The notes beneath the pieces are model-generated. The model was not told where the DNA came from. It ran no database searches and was given only the letters and a program-made list of their open reading frames with translations. The position numbers and the translations under genes are program-made. Of a stretch of 64,000 nt of DNA, positions 16,559 to 28,276 are shown in pieces; the first letter of the stretch is position 1; each line of letters starts with the position of its first letter. Origin of the DNA: Caulobacter sp. KR2-114 (lineage in GTDB: Bacteria > Pseudomonadota > Alphaproteobacteria > Caulobacterales > Caulobacteraceae); contig NZ_JBMSEC010000004.1 in NCBI RefSeq assembly GCF_049446115.1, positions 66,954 through 130,953 of the forward strand, in the 5' to 3' direction.

Positions 16559-18811
16559 GTGTCTTATAAGTTACTGGCCAGCGCCTCGGCGCTGGCGCTG
16601 CTGTTTGGCGGCCAGGCGGTCGCCGGCGCGGACCGCTCGGCGGCCTGGCAGGCCCAGATCGGCGACACCGCCGCGGTGCAGGCCACCGCCAAGGGCGGGG
16701 CAGGCATCACCATCGGCATCGTCGACACCGGCATCGCCGCCAGCAACCAGGAAGTGACCGGCCGCGTGCTCGGCGCCTCGTCCTGCGCGGCGGTCACCTT
16801 CCGCTGCTCGAACGGGGTCTACGACGACAACAGTCATGGCACGGCCGTGGCCGCAATCGCCGCGGGCAGTTACAGCCCGACGCCGGCGATCAGCATGTCC
16901 GGCGTCGCCCCCTCTGCCACCATCCTGTCGGAGAAGGTGCTGAACGCCTCGGGCACGGGGATGAACAGCGACATCGCCAACGGTATCACCAAGGCGGTGA
17001 ACGGCGGGGCGCAGGTGATCAACCTCAGCCTCACCTACATGACCAACAGCGACATCATCAGCGCGGTGAACTACGCCGCGTCGAAGAACGTGGTGATCGT
17101 CTGGGCGGGTGGCAATTCGTCGGCCAACCTGAACAATGGCGCGAACACGAGCGGCCTCTCCGCGGCGGCCCTGCAGCGCCTGATCCTGGTCGGCTCGGTG
17201 GGGTCGAACAACCAGATCTCCAGCTTTTCCAACAAGCCGGGCAGCGGCAAGGCAGGCTCGACGGCCTATTCGTCGCTGTGGCTGATGGGCAATGGCGACA
17301 GCATCATCGCGCCGGGCCTGCAGTACGGCTCGACCTCGTTCGCCTACTGGACCGGCACCTCGATGGCCGCGCCGGAAGTGGCCGGGGCCGTGGCCCTGCT
17401 GGAGGCGACCTGGCCGGTGCTGATGCGCAACGGCACGGCCGCGCAGGTGCTGTTCCTGACCGCCACCGACCTTGGAACCAAGGGCGTCGACTCGACCTAC
17501 GGCAACGGCCTGCTGAACATCAATCAGGCGTTCCAGCCGATCGGGGCCCTGACCGTCACCCAGGCCAACGGCAAGTCGACGCCGGTGAGCAGCCTGACCA
17601 GCGCCATGATCACCTCCGGCGCCCTGGGCAACCTCAGCGCCATCCGCAGCCAGCTGTCGGCCTACACCACCTTCGACAGCTTCCAGCGCAACTTCACCAG
17701 CAACCTTTCGGGCCTGGTGTCGACGAGCTCGGTGGCCACGGTCGTCACCCCGGCCCCGGTGTCCGTCAGCACCCCGACCACGCTGGGCCGCCACCTGGCC
17801 GGCGGCGGCTTTGTCATGGCCACCGGCCTGCAGCCGGTGTCGTTCGGCGAGGCGGTGTTCGGCGACAGCGGCGCCAACGACGTCGCCGACCGCATGTTCG
17901 GCGCGCGTGACCGCGGCATGACCGCGGTGATGCTGGCCGACGGCCGCGGCGACGTGGCGGCGGTGTCGCGCGGCATGAATTCCTCGGCGGCCTTCGCCCA
18001 GGCCTTCTGGGGCGTCGACGCCCCGGCCGCCGACCTGACCAGCCACATCGGCGCCAGCACCGCCCTGCTGAACCTGGCCCAGGGCGGCAACGCCTCGGCG
18101 ATCGGCGCCAGCCTCGGCGGGCGCGTGCGCCTGGCCGCCGGCTGGTCGGCCACCGACGAGACCACCTCGTCCGGCCTGGCCAGCAACCGCACCCTGTCCG
18201 GCGCTTCGGCGGCGGTGGTGGGCGCGACCGCCCAGGTCACCCGCCGCTGGACCCTGGGCGTCTCCTATTCCGGCCTGAAGGAGACCAACGGCCTGCTCGG
18301 CTCGACCTACGACGGCGCCGGCCTGCTGTCGTTCGGCGGCCAGCACCGGAGCCGGGAAGTCTCGATCAGCACCGCCTATGATCTCGGCAGCGGCCGCAGC
18401 CTGCTGGCCGAGGCCGCCTGGGTGAGCGCCGACGGCGCGAAGCTGAACGACGGCCTGATCCGTGACGTGAGCAACATCACCGCCCGCGCCTGGGGCGTCT
18501 CCTTCGTCCAGGTCGACGCCCTGCGCGCCGGCGACAGCCTGACCGTGTCGATCCGCAAGCCGCTGCGCGTCAGCTCCGGCACGGCGGACCTGGCGGTCAC
18601 CACGGTCGACGACCAGGGTTACGCCCACACCGGCTTCACCCGCGTGGGCCTGACCCCGGACGGCAACGAGACCGACCTCGACCTGGCCTACGGGACCGTC
18701 GTGCGCGGCGCCCTGCGCCTGGGCGGCGAGGTGGACTTCCGCTCCGACGCCCAGAACGTCCGCGGCCAGAACGACGTCGCCTTCAGGCTGGCGGCCAACC
18801 TGCGGTTCTGA
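16559..18811 (+). CDS. Subtilisin-like (S8) serine protease autotransporter
   Basis: GTG start with signal peptide. Catalytic triad motifs IVDTGI / HGTAVAA / GTSMAAPEVAG. The C-terminal ~280 aa is rich in alternating-hydrophobic strands and ends in …FRLAANLRF (autotransporter beta-barrel terminal Phe). Confidence 0.85.
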   Translation: MSYKLLASASALALLFGGQAVAGADRSAAWQAQIGDTAAVQATAKGGAGITIGIVDTGIAASNQEVTGRVLGASSCAAVTFRCSNGVYDDNSHGTAVAAIAAGSYSPTPAISMSGVAPSATILSEKVLNASGTGMNSDIANGITKAVNGGAQVINLSLTYMTNSDIISAVNYAASKNVVIVWAGGNSSANLNNGANTSGLSAAALQRLILVGSVGSNNQISSFSNKPGSGKAGSTAYSSLWLMGNGDSIIAPGLQYGSTSFAYWTGTSMAAPEVAGAVALLEATWPVLMRNGTAAQVLFLTATDLGTKGVDSTYGNGLLNINQAFQPIGALTVTQANGKSTPVSSLTSAMITSGALGNLSAIRSQLSAYTTFDSFQRNFTSNLSGLVSTSSVATVVTPAPVSVSTPTTLGRHLAGGGFVMATGLQPVSFGEAVFGDSGANDVADRMFGARDRGMTAVMLADGRGDVAAVSRGMNSSAAFAQAFWGVDAPAADLTSHIGASTALLNLAQGGNASAIGASLGGRVRLAAGWSATDETTSSGLASNRTLSGASAAVVGATAQVTRRWTLGVSYSGLKETNGLLGSTYDGAGLLSFGGQHRSREVSISTAYDLGSGRSLLAEAAWVSADGAKLNDGLIRDVSNITARAWGVSFVQVDALRAGDSLTVSIRKPLRVSSGTADLAVTTVDDQGYAHTGFTRVGLTPDGNETDLDLAYGTVVRGALRLGGEVDFRSDAQNVRGQNDVAFRLAANLRF

Positions 18812-18962
18812 TCCCTCCCGACTGTCCTCCCGGAAAGGCGCGCATGCGCCTTATCCGGGGCCGCCGGAAGCCCGGGGGGGGCCGGCTCGACACACGCTGA
18901 CGCCTGCCGCGGTCCCGGATATCCGCTGCGCGGATTCCGGGATGACAGATGGGAGGGGACCC

Positions 18963-19736
18963 TCAGCGGCCGTGAAACACCGGCGGACGCTTCTCGACGA
19001 ACGCCTTGAACGCCTCGCGGCTGTCCTCGCTGGCGCCGCAGGTGGTGTGACGGGCGGTCTCGACGGCGACGAACTCGGCCAGGCCCATGCGCTCGGCGTC
19101 GAGGAAGTTGGCCTTCATCGCCTTCAGCGCCAGCGGCGCGGAATTCGCCAGCCGGTCGACGATCTCGGCCAGGCCCGCCTCGAAGCCGGCCTCGTCGAAC
19201 ATCCGCGACACCAGGCCGATGGCCTTGGCTTCTGCAGCGTCGAACTTGCCCGGCAGGAAATAGAGCTCGCGCGCCTTCGCGGCGCCGACGATGCGCGGCA
19301 GGGTCCACGGCCCGCCCATGTCACCGGAGATGCCGACGCCCAGGAAGGCGGAGTTGAAGCGGGCGGTGTCGTCGCAGACCCGCAGGTCGCACGCCGCCGC
19401 CCAGCCGAACCCGGCTCCGGCGCAGGCCCCGCGGATCGCCGCGACGGTCACCAGCGGCGCCTCATGCAGCAGGGTGGCCACATGGAAGGTGCTCGGGTCG
19501 GACTTGCCGCCCGCGCCCGCCGCATAGGCCTTCACGTCCGCGCCCGGGCAGAAGTCGCGCCCGGCGCCGCGCAGCACCAGCACGCGCAGCGAGGTGTCGG
19601 CGGCCGCGTCCTGCAGCGCGGCCCAGAACTCGTCCATCATCAGCTGGACGATGCCGTTGCGCGCCTCGGGCCGGTTCAGGGTGATGGTCGCCCGATGGTC
19701 GCCCTTGTCGTAGAGGATGGTCTGGTAGGCGGCCAT
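18963..19736 (-). CDS. Enoyl-CoA hydratase/isomerase (crotonase family)
   Basis: MAAYQTILYDKGDHRATITLNRPEARNG… crotonase fold. RBS GGGAGA precedes the ATG at 19736. The upstream in-frame extension in the track is a frame artefact. Confidence 0.85.
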   Translation of the reverse strand: MAAYQTILYDKGDHRATITLNRPEARNGIVQLMMDEFWAALQDAAADTSLRVLVLRGAGRDFCPGADVKAYAAGAGGKSDPSTFHVATLLHEAPLVTVAAIRGACAGAGFGWAAACDLRVCDDTARFNSAFLGVGISGDMGGPWTLPRIVGAAKARELYFLPGKFDAAEAKAIGLVSRMFDEAGFEAGLAEIVDRLANSAPLALKAMKANFLDAERMGLAEFVAVETARHTTCGASEDSREAFKAFVEKRPPVFHGR

Positions 19737-19910
19737 GGTCGTCTCCCTGCCGGCGGATGTCCCTCCGCCGCGTGCAGCTTGACCCGCCCGGCCGCTGCGG
19801 TAAACGGCCGCCGGGAGCGCGCACGGAGACTCAGGGACCCCGCCCCCTGCCGGTCCGTCGAGACGTGATCCGGGCGCAGGTGGCGTGCGTACAGTCTGCA
19901 GCCCGCGAAG

Positions 19911-20891
19911 GTGACCATGGCCGGCCCCGACGACCATCCCCTGTTCCAGGGTTTCGCCAACGTCTGGACCCCAGCGGCGCGCAGCGCTCGCGTGGGTCGC
20001 CGCCCCGTGCGGATCGTCGTGGCGGGCGAGCCTGTCGTGCTGTTCCGCGACCGCGCCGGCCGCGCCGGCGCCCTGATCGACCGCTGCCCGCACCGAGGCG
20101 TGGCCCTGTCCGGCGGGCGCGTGGGCGAGGACGGCTGCCTGGAATGTCCGTTTCACGGCTGGCGCTTCGACACGCGGGGCGTCAACCGGCGCATTCCCCT
20201 CAACCCGGAGGCGCGCCTGGACCGCATGCCGGCCACCGCCCTGGCCGTGCGCGAGATCGGCGAGTTGATCTGGCTGCGCACGGCGCCCGGCGCGGACGCC
20301 GCCGAAGACCCCGTGGCGCCTGAGGGACTCGCCGCGCCTGGCCTTGCCCGCGCCTACACCGAGCGCGTGTGGCGATGCCATTGGACCCGGGCGATGGAGA
20401 ACATGCTCGACAGCCCGCATCTGCCCTTCGTGCACCGCCGGACCATCGGCCGTCCTCTGCGGCGACGCATGACGGACGCCTCGCGGATGGATATCGGCTG
20501 GGAGGACACCTCCTGGGGCGGCCGCGCCAGCGCGGCGCTCGACGGCGTCGACGGCGGGGCCCTGCTCGAGTTTCATCGGCCGAACATCATGTCGCTGCTG
20601 ATCCCAGCGCCCGGCCGGCATCTGCGCATCCACGCCATCGTCACGCCGTCGGACCCGGGCCGGACGCGCCTCACGGTCGTCGGATCACGGGACTTCCTGC
20701 GGTCGCCGGCGTTCACGCCGCTGTTCGCCTGGATGAACGGGCGCATCGCCGACGAAGACCGCGCCGTCGTCGAGTCGTCCGGCCCGGCGGAAGTTCCGGC
20801 GCCCGGGCGCGAGCCCTCCGTCGGCACGGACCGCGCCACGTTGCAGTTCAGGCGCTACTATTACGCCACCCTGCGCGACTCGTTCGCCTGA
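19911..20891 (+). CDS. Rieske [2Fe-2S] domain oxygenase-like protein
   Basis: Rieske motif CPHRG…(17)…CPFHGW, followed by a non-heme iron oxygenase-like C-terminal region. Confidence 0.75.
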   Translation: MTMAGPDDHPLFQGFANVWTPAARSARVGRRPVRIVVAGEPVVLFRDRAGRAGALIDRCPHRGVALSGGRVGEDGCLECPFHGWRFDTRGVNRRIPLNPEARLDRMPATALAVREIGELIWLRTAPGADAAEDPVAPEGLAAPGLARAYTERVWRCHWTRAMENMLDSPHLPFVHRRTIGRPLRRRMTDASRMDIGWEDTSWGGRASAALDGVDGGALLEFHRPNIMSLLIPAPGRHLRIHAIVTPSDPGRTRLTVVGSRDFLRSPAFTPLFAWMNGRIADEDRAVVESSGPAEVPAPGREPSVGTDRATLQFRRYYYATLRDSFA

Positions 20892-20911
20892 GGGCCTTGC
20901 CCGCGCCTCGG

Positions 20912-21871
20912 CTAGTGCCCGGCCACCATGCTCTGCGAGATGCGGAACGCCGCCGGCAGGATCAGCACCCCCAGCAGGCAGGGGAAGATGAACAGGATCA
21001 GCGGGATCATCAGCTTGGCCGGCAGGGCCATGGCCTTTTCCTCGGCCCGCAGCATGCGTTTGGAGCGCATGTCGTCGGAGAACACCGCCAGGGTCTCGCC
21101 CAGGCTGGTGCCCATCTCTTCGGCCTGGCGCAGCATGGTGGCCATGGAGCGGGCCTCGTCGATGCCCAGGCGCTCGGCGAAGTTCGACCAGCAGTCCTTG
21201 CGCGCGCGGCCGGCCCGCAGCTCCAGGGTCAGCACCTTGAGGTGCTCGGCCAGGTGCGGATAGCGGCGCACCAGCTCGTCCGTCACCCGGTTGACGGCGG
21301 CGTCGAGCGACAGGCCCGCCTCCACCGAGGCCACCAGCAGGTCGAGCAGGTCCGGGAACCCCTCGCGGTATTCCAGCTCAAGCTTCTTGCGCTTGGCCTT
21401 GATCACCTGGTCGGGCCCCAGCAGGGCCGCCACCGACAGCAGCGCCGCCAGCAGCAGGGCGGCCTTGCCGCCGCCGCCCGACAGGGCCCAGGGCAGCAGG
21501 GCGACGGTGCCGCCGATGGCGGCGATCATCGCCACGGCCCGGGCGCCGAGATACAGGGTCACCGCCTCGCGGCTGAAGAAGCCCGCCTGGATCAGCCGCT
21601 GGCGCAGGGCCGAGACCTGGGCCGGGTCCTGGATCGCCATGCGGTCACCGAGGCGCCGCACCCCCGACAGCACACCCGAGAACGCCTCCACCCCGCGGCC
21701 GCCGGACGCGGCTCCCGCGCCGACCGCGACGGTCTCGCCGGACAGCCGCGCGCGACGTCGCACGCCGGTGACGGCGTTGCGGACGATGAGGAAGCCGCCC
21801 CCACCCACGCCCACGGCGATCAGGGCGAAGGAGGCGACGGTCAGTATGGTCTGGAACAGGGCGATGTTCAT
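20912..21871 (-). CDS. tadC: Flp pilus assembly protein TadC/CpaH (type II secretion system F family)
   Basis: T2SSF-domain membrane protein. Gene order follows tadB. Confidence 0.85.
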   Translation of the reverse strand: MNIALFQTILTVASFALIAVGVGGGGFLIVRNAVTGVRRRARLSGETVAVGAGAASGGRGVEAFSGVLSGVRRLGDRMAIQDPAQVSALRQRLIQAGFFSREAVTLYLGARAVAMIAAIGGTVALLPWALSGGGGKAALLLAALLSVAALLGPDQVIKAKRKKLELEYREGFPDLLDLLVASVEAGLSLDAAVNRVTDELVRRYPHLAEHLKVLTLELRAGRARKDCWSNFAERLGIDEARSMATMLRQAEEMGTSLGETLAVFSDDMRSKRMLRAEEKAMALPAKLMIPLILFIFPCLLGVLILPAAFRISQSMVAGH

Positions 21872-21875
21872 GGGG

Positions 21876-22837
21876 TCAGATCCGCATGTCGATCATCTTG
21901 CGCATCACCAGGTTGCCGATGAACATCCAGCCTCCCAGCCCGGCCAGGCCGATCTGCACCGGCCGCTTGCCGATCACATCGCCGTAGAAGTGCGGGCTGG
22001 CGACCTGCAGCAGGATGAAGACGCAGATCGGCGCGGCCGTGAGGATGATCGCCGAAGCGCGCCCCTCCGAGGAGGCGGCCTTGATCTTCAGCCGCATCTT
22101 CTGACGCTCGCGCACGGTGTGGGCCAGCATCTTCAGCAGGCCCGTCAGATTGCCCCCGGCGCGCTCCTGCAGCCGGATGGTGGCGGCGAACAGGTCGACG
22201 TCCATCTGCTTGCAGCGGTCGGCGATGCGCCCCACCGCCTGCTCCAGGGTGGCGCCATAGGCGATCTCGTCGGCGGCCATGCCGAACTCCGAGCCGATCG
22301 GGTCGGGCAGCTCGCGCCCCACCAGGGCGACCGCCGTCGGCACCGGGTGACCGGCCTCGAGGCTGCGCACGATCACCTCCAGCGCCTGAGGCAGCTGCTG
22401 GCCCAGCATCTTGGCCCGGCCCGCCGCCTTGAAGTTGAGATACAGGATCGGCAGGATCACCGCCCCGGCGATGCCGGCGACCACGCCCAGCATGGGATTC
22501 TTGGTCAGCACCCAGACGCCGATCGCCAGGGTGAAGCCCAGCCCGCCCGTGACCATCCCCCAGCGCCGGGCGTCGTAGGGCACGCCCGAGCGCATCACCA
22601 GGTCGGAGAACCAGGTCCAGGAAAAGATCGAGGCGCCGTCGGCGCCGATGCCCCGCTGCTTGCGCAGCTCCAGCACCAGGTCGCCCAGGCCGGTGGTGCG
22701 CTCCGCCGTCGCCAGCCGCCGGTTCACCGCCCGCTTGGCCACGCCGACGCTGAGCAGGCCATAGGCGGCCTGGCCGGCGGTGAACACCGCGGCGAACACC
22801 AGCACGTAGAAGGCGATCGAGGGGTCGACGTCGAACT

Positions 22838-22841
<4 letters not shown>
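21876..22841 (-). CDS. tadB: Flp pilus assembly protein TadB/CpaG (type II secretion system F family)
   Basis: T2SSF domain. The ATG overlaps the cpaF stop (ATGA). The long N-terminal extension in the ORF track is an out-of-frame artefact. Confidence 0.85.
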
Positions 22842-24267
<1,426 letters not shown>

Positions 24268-24268
<1 letters not shown>

Positions 24269-25434
24269 CAGGCGGCCCGCCCGCGCTGCGCGGCCTGGGG
24301 CGCCGTCAGCCGGTCGACCAGGACGGCGATATCGCGCACGATCTTGGAGCGCGGCCGGTGGTGGCTGATCGCCCCGCCGAGGTTCGCCGAGGCGGCGGCC
24401 GCTTCCCAGTCGGAGGTCACCCCGCCGTCGGCCTTGCGCTGCAGCGCCTTCTCGGCCTCGGCGAGCGAGGGGGCCGGGCCGAACACGCGGCTGGCCAGGC
24501 GGTTGAGGATGATGCGCGGCGGCGCGCCGTCCGGCAGCTCGGCCTCGATCTCGGTGGCGAGCGAGCGCGCGGCGAGCAGCGCGGGGACGGTCAGCTCGGA
24601 GACCACCAGGATCTCGTCGCAGCCGGCCAGCACGTCCAGGGTCCAGGCCTGGTGATGCCGCGGCAGGTCGACCACCACGTGGTCGTAGACCTGGCAGGCC
24701 ACCTCCAGAACGCGGCACACGGCCATGGCCGAGACCTTGCCGAACGCCTTGGGATCGCGCGGGCAGGCCAGCAGGTCCAGCCCGCCGCCGACCCGCATGG
24801 AAAAGGCGTCGAGCAGCGCCTGGTCGATCCGCTCCGGCGTGGCCGAGGCCTCGGCCAGCAGCATGTTGGCGGTGGCCCCCAGGTAGGCGCTGGCGGCGCC
24901 GTCGCAGAGGTTCAGGTCGACCAGCGCCACGCGGCGGTCGGCGCCGGCGCGGCGGGCCAGTTCGGTGGCGATCTCCACGGCGATGGTGGTCGCGCCGCAG
25001 CCGCCGACCGAGCCCATCACCGTCCAGCAGTGCGCCTGGTGCGGCGCGCCGGCCGGGGCCTTGGCGTCAGCCAGCAGCACGGCCGCCGCCCGCGACAGGT
25101 CGACCGAGGTGAACGGCGCCTCCAGCACGTCCGACCGGCTCAGCCGCATGACCGCCTTGACCAGGGCGGTGGGCAGGTGGCTGCCCGCCAGCAGCACCGC
25201 CGGCGGGGTCGGGCGCTGCGACAGGGCGTTGAGCACCCCGGTCAGCACCGCCGGGTCCACCGCGTCGACGTCGATCAGCAGCAGCTCCAGCGCGCCGTGC
25301 AGGGTATCGGGGAGATCCAGGCGTTCGGCGCCGGCGACCTCCAGCCGCGCCGCGGGCATAGCCTCCTGGGCGACAGGCGCGAGCCGCTGGCCGATCACGA
25401 GGACATGGCGTTCATTCAGGACCGGATGGCTCAT
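24268..25434 (-). CDS. cpaE: Pilus assembly protein CpaE (ParA/MinD-like ATPase with N-terminal receiver-like domain)
   Basis: MinD/ParA-like core (MGSVGGCGATTIAVEIA). Position between cpaC and cpaF. Start is chosen at MSHPVLNE… (25434). Confidence 0.8.
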
Positions 25435-25480
25435 CGGGATGCTCGCGTGAGAAGGGCTACTGTCGTCTGGAGCGCGGCCG

Positions 25481-26953
25481 TCAGGGCTGACCGGCCGCGG
25501 CCGGCGCATCGCTGGTGGTCGGCATCGGGACCGCGGCGGGCTCGGCGCTGGCCACCGGACCCGGGGCGGGACCCGGCACGCTGGCCGGATCGGTCGCCGC
25601 GACAGGCGCCGGCGCCGGCAGCTGGGTCGCCGGAGGCGGCTCCGAGCGGGGCATCTCGACCCCCTTGCCGGCCAGGATCAGGTCGATCGGGCTGGGATCG
25701 GTGTCGTCCTTCAGCGGGTTCGGCAGGGTCTCGAGGTGGTCGGTGGGCGTGGTCAGCCGGGGGGTGACGATGATCACCAGCTCGGTCTCGTTCTTCTGCC
25801 AGTCGACCGACTTGAACAGCGCGCCCAGCACCGGCACGTCCGCCGCCCAAGGCACCTGGTTGACCGCCCGGGTCTGGCCCTTTTCGAACAGGCCGGCGAT
25901 GGCGAAGCTTTGGCCGTCGCGCAGCTCCACGTCGGTGGAGGCGCGGCGCGTGGAGATGGCCGGCACCTGGAAGCCCTGGATGGTCACGCCGTTGCGCGGA
26001 TCCAGCTGGCTGACCTCGGGCGCCACCTTCAGGCGGATCTGGCCGGAGTCCTGCACCGTGGGCGTGACGTTCAGCTTCACCCCGAAGGTGCGGAACTCGA
26101 TGGTCACGCCGTTCTGGCCGTTGGGCACCGGGAAGGGGAACTCGCCCCCCGCCAGGAAGCTGGCCTCCTGACCGGACATGGCCGTCAGGTTCGGCCGCGC
26201 CAGGGTGTGCACCGAGCCGCGCTGCTCCAGGGCCTTGATGGTGGCGTCCACGCTCCACGGACCGAAGTGGCCGCCGACGTCCAGCGTGCCGGTCGGGGCG
26301 CTGTTGCTGATCAGGGTGCTGGCCGTGTTTAGGGTGAAGCCCGACATGTTCTGCACATTGAGGCCGACGCCGAGGTCCTTCAGCGCCGAGCGCGAAGCCT
26401 CGATAATCCGCACCTCGACCATCACCTGCTGGGCCGCCTTGACCGTCAGGGCCGACTGCACCGCCTTGGGCGCATAGCGTTCGGCGATGGCGGCGGCGCG
26501 CAGGGCGACGCTCGACGTCGAGACCTCTCCCGACAGCAGGATGCCGCCGGCGAAGTTCGCCGCCTTGATCGGCTCGCCCGGCAGGGCTGCGGCGAGGTCG
26601 GCCTGCAGGCTGTCGGTGTCGTAGCCGACGCGCACGTCCACCACCTGGGCCAGGCGGTGCTGGGCGTCATAGATCAGGATGTTGGTCACGCCGACCGACT
26701 TGCCCCGCACATAGAAGCTGCGGTCGGTGGTGGCGACCAGGGCCAGGGTTTCGGGCGCGGCGACCACGATCTCGCCGGCCGGATAATCCAGGCGGAAGGC
26801 CGCCGACTTGTCCTTGGCGACGACGATGGTGCTGGCGCCCTGCTGGTCGCTGACCATCTGGGCCGCGGCCGGGACCGCCGTCGCCAGCCCGGCCAGGCCG
26901 AGGAGCGCCGACGCGATGAGGGCGGTGAAGGATTTCATGGCTCGCTTGTGCAT
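25481..26953 (-). CDS. cpaC: Flp pilus secretin CpaC/RcpA
   Basis: Signal peptide, secretin domain (…VTPRLTTP…) and a Pro/Ala-rich C-terminal tail. Confidence 0.85.
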   Translation of the reverse strand: MHKRAMKSFTALIASALLGLAGLATAVPAAAQMVSDQQGASTIVVAKDKSAAFRLDYPAGEIVVAAPETLALVATTDRSFYVRGKSVGVTNILIYDAQHRLAQVVDVRVGYDTDSLQADLAAALPGEPIKAANFAGGILLSGEVSTSSVALRAAAIAERYAPKAVQSALTVKAAQQVMVEVRIIEASRSALKDLGVGLNVQNMSGFTLNTASTLISNSAPTGTLDVGGHFGPWSVDATIKALEQRGSVHTLARPNLTAMSGQEASFLAGGEFPFPVPNGQNGVTIEFRTFGVKLNVTPTVQDSGQIRLKVAPEVSQLDPRNGVTIQGFQVPAISTRRASTDVELRDGQSFAIAGLFEKGQTRAVNQVPWAADVPVLGALFKSVDWQKNETELVIIVTPRLTTPTDHLETLPNPLKDDTDPSPIDLILAGKGVEMPRSEPPPATQLPAPAPVAATDPASVPGPAPGPVASAEPAAVPMPTTSDAPAAAGQP

Positions 26954-26965
26954 GGCGATGGCGCT

Positions 26966-27883
26966 CTAGAGGCCGCGCTCGGACGGCACGTCGACCGCCG
27001 ATCGGGCGTCGCCGTTGACGACGATGATGGAGTGTCGGGCGGCCGCGGCCGCCGGCTTGGCGCGGCTGGCGTGGCTCACCGAACGCAGGCCGGCCGCGTG
27101 CGGGGCCATCGGGGTGTCCAGCGGGCCAAGGTCGCGCACGCCCATCGGCCGGACCGGGTCCACCTCGCCCTGGCCGGTGCGGCGCAGGGCCAGCGACAGG
27201 CTGCCGGCCTGAGCCGCCAGGGACAGGCGCTGGGCGTCGGCCATCGACACCTCCAGGGTGGCGGTGTGCGCCAGCACCGGCTGGGTCGAGCTGGGATCGG
27301 CGTTCAGGTCCATGCCCAGGATGCGGACGTTCTGGATCACCACGTTGGTGACGTAGCGCTTACAGCCGCCGCAATCGTCGCGGACCTTCTGCGGCAGCGG
27401 CACCTCGCGGGTCAGCACCACGTCCACCCGGTCGGAGGGCAGGATGTGACCGCCGCCGCCCGAGGTGTCGCTGATGCCGATGGTGTAGGCGCGCATGCCC
27501 TCGGTGATCATCGCCGACAGGGTCGGCTTGGCGCCGGCGCCGCTGACCTTGGTCGGCAGGATCGGCTCGCGCGCCGAGATCGCCACCACCGCCACCGGCG
27601 CGCCGCCGTTCTGGCTGGTCACCTGCTCGATCGAGGAATAGGCGCCCTGCGGCACGGCGCCCTGCGGCAGGTGCGCCAGCACCAGATGCGAAGCGTCCAG
27701 CTTGCCGCCGTAGGGAATGGCGCCGCTGGCCACGACAACCGGTACGGTGGCCTCCGCCGGCGCGGGCGCCTTGGCCGAGGGACTCCCCTGCGCCGCGTGC
27801 GGCAACCAGACCTTGGCCACCAGGAGCGCGCCGACGCCCAGGACAGCCGACGCCCCCAGGCTGATGATGGTTCCTGTACGCAT
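26966..27883 (-). CDS. cpaB: Flp pilus assembly protein CpaB/RcpC
   Basis: N-terminal TM (MRTGTIISLGASAVLGVGALLVA) and CpaB-family similarity. First gene of the cluster, next to the low-GC promoter region. Confidence 0.8.
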   Translation of the reverse strand: MRTGTIISLGASAVLGVGALLVAKVWLPHAAQGSPSAKAPAPAEATVPVVVASGAIPYGGKLDASHLVLAHLPQGAVPQGAYSSIEQVTSQNGGAPVAVVAISAREPILPTKVSGAGAKPTLSAMITEGMRAYTIGISDTSGGGGHILPSDRVDVVLTREVPLPQKVRDDCGGCKRYVTNVVIQNVRILGMDLNADPSSTQPVLAHTATLEVSMADAQRLSLAAQAGSLSLALRRTGQGEVDPVRPMGVRDLGPLDTPMAPHAAGLRSVSHASRAKPAAAAARHSIIVVNGDARSAVDVPSERGL

Positions 27884-28276
27884 ATCGCCCGCCCAACCCC
27901 CACCGCGCTGAAAATGGCGCGATTTCAGGCACAACCTGCGACCGCGCCCATTTCGGTGTCATTAAGGGACGTCGTAAATTCGCGTTCACCTTGATCCGCG
28001 ACAAACATCGTGCAGATCACCTAACGATAAACGCCTCATTTACTATGATTTTAGAATAGAAACGATCGAAGCTATACTTGCCGACGCAAACAGAGGACAG
28101 CGAACGCCAGGGTCGCAAAATCTGCGCCCCGGCAAGGGCGCAAGTCCCGCTTGACGGCCGCCCCTCCTGGCAATCAATGGGCATATTCATTCGTCACACT
28201 GAACGTGGCGCCAGCCAGACGGGGATCCACAAAGAAGATCCTCCGAGGCCTTTGACGGCGCCGGGAGGAGTTTTTT
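27884..28276. promoter_or_regulatory. Low-GC divergent intergenic/promoter region (cpaB leftwards; acyl-CoA ligase rightwards)
   Basis: About 50 % GC against a ~68 % background. AT-rich tracts (tttactatgattttagaatagaaacgatcgaagctatac). No pilin ORF is detectable here. Confidence 0.4.

Noticed and set aside
16571-18628. 685-aa minus-strand ORF antisense to the S8 autotransporter
   Set aside because: High-GC antisense artefact. The plus-strand protease has an intact catalytic triad and barrel.
19757-20633. N-terminal 298-aa extension of ORF 18963..20633 and ORF 19757..20323
   Set aside because: Reads antisense through the Rieske gene. The crotonase homology starts at MAAYQ (19736), which has its own RBS.
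20369-21922. 517-aa plus-strand ORF antisense to tadC
   Set aside because: Antisense artefact, Arg/Gly/His-rich.
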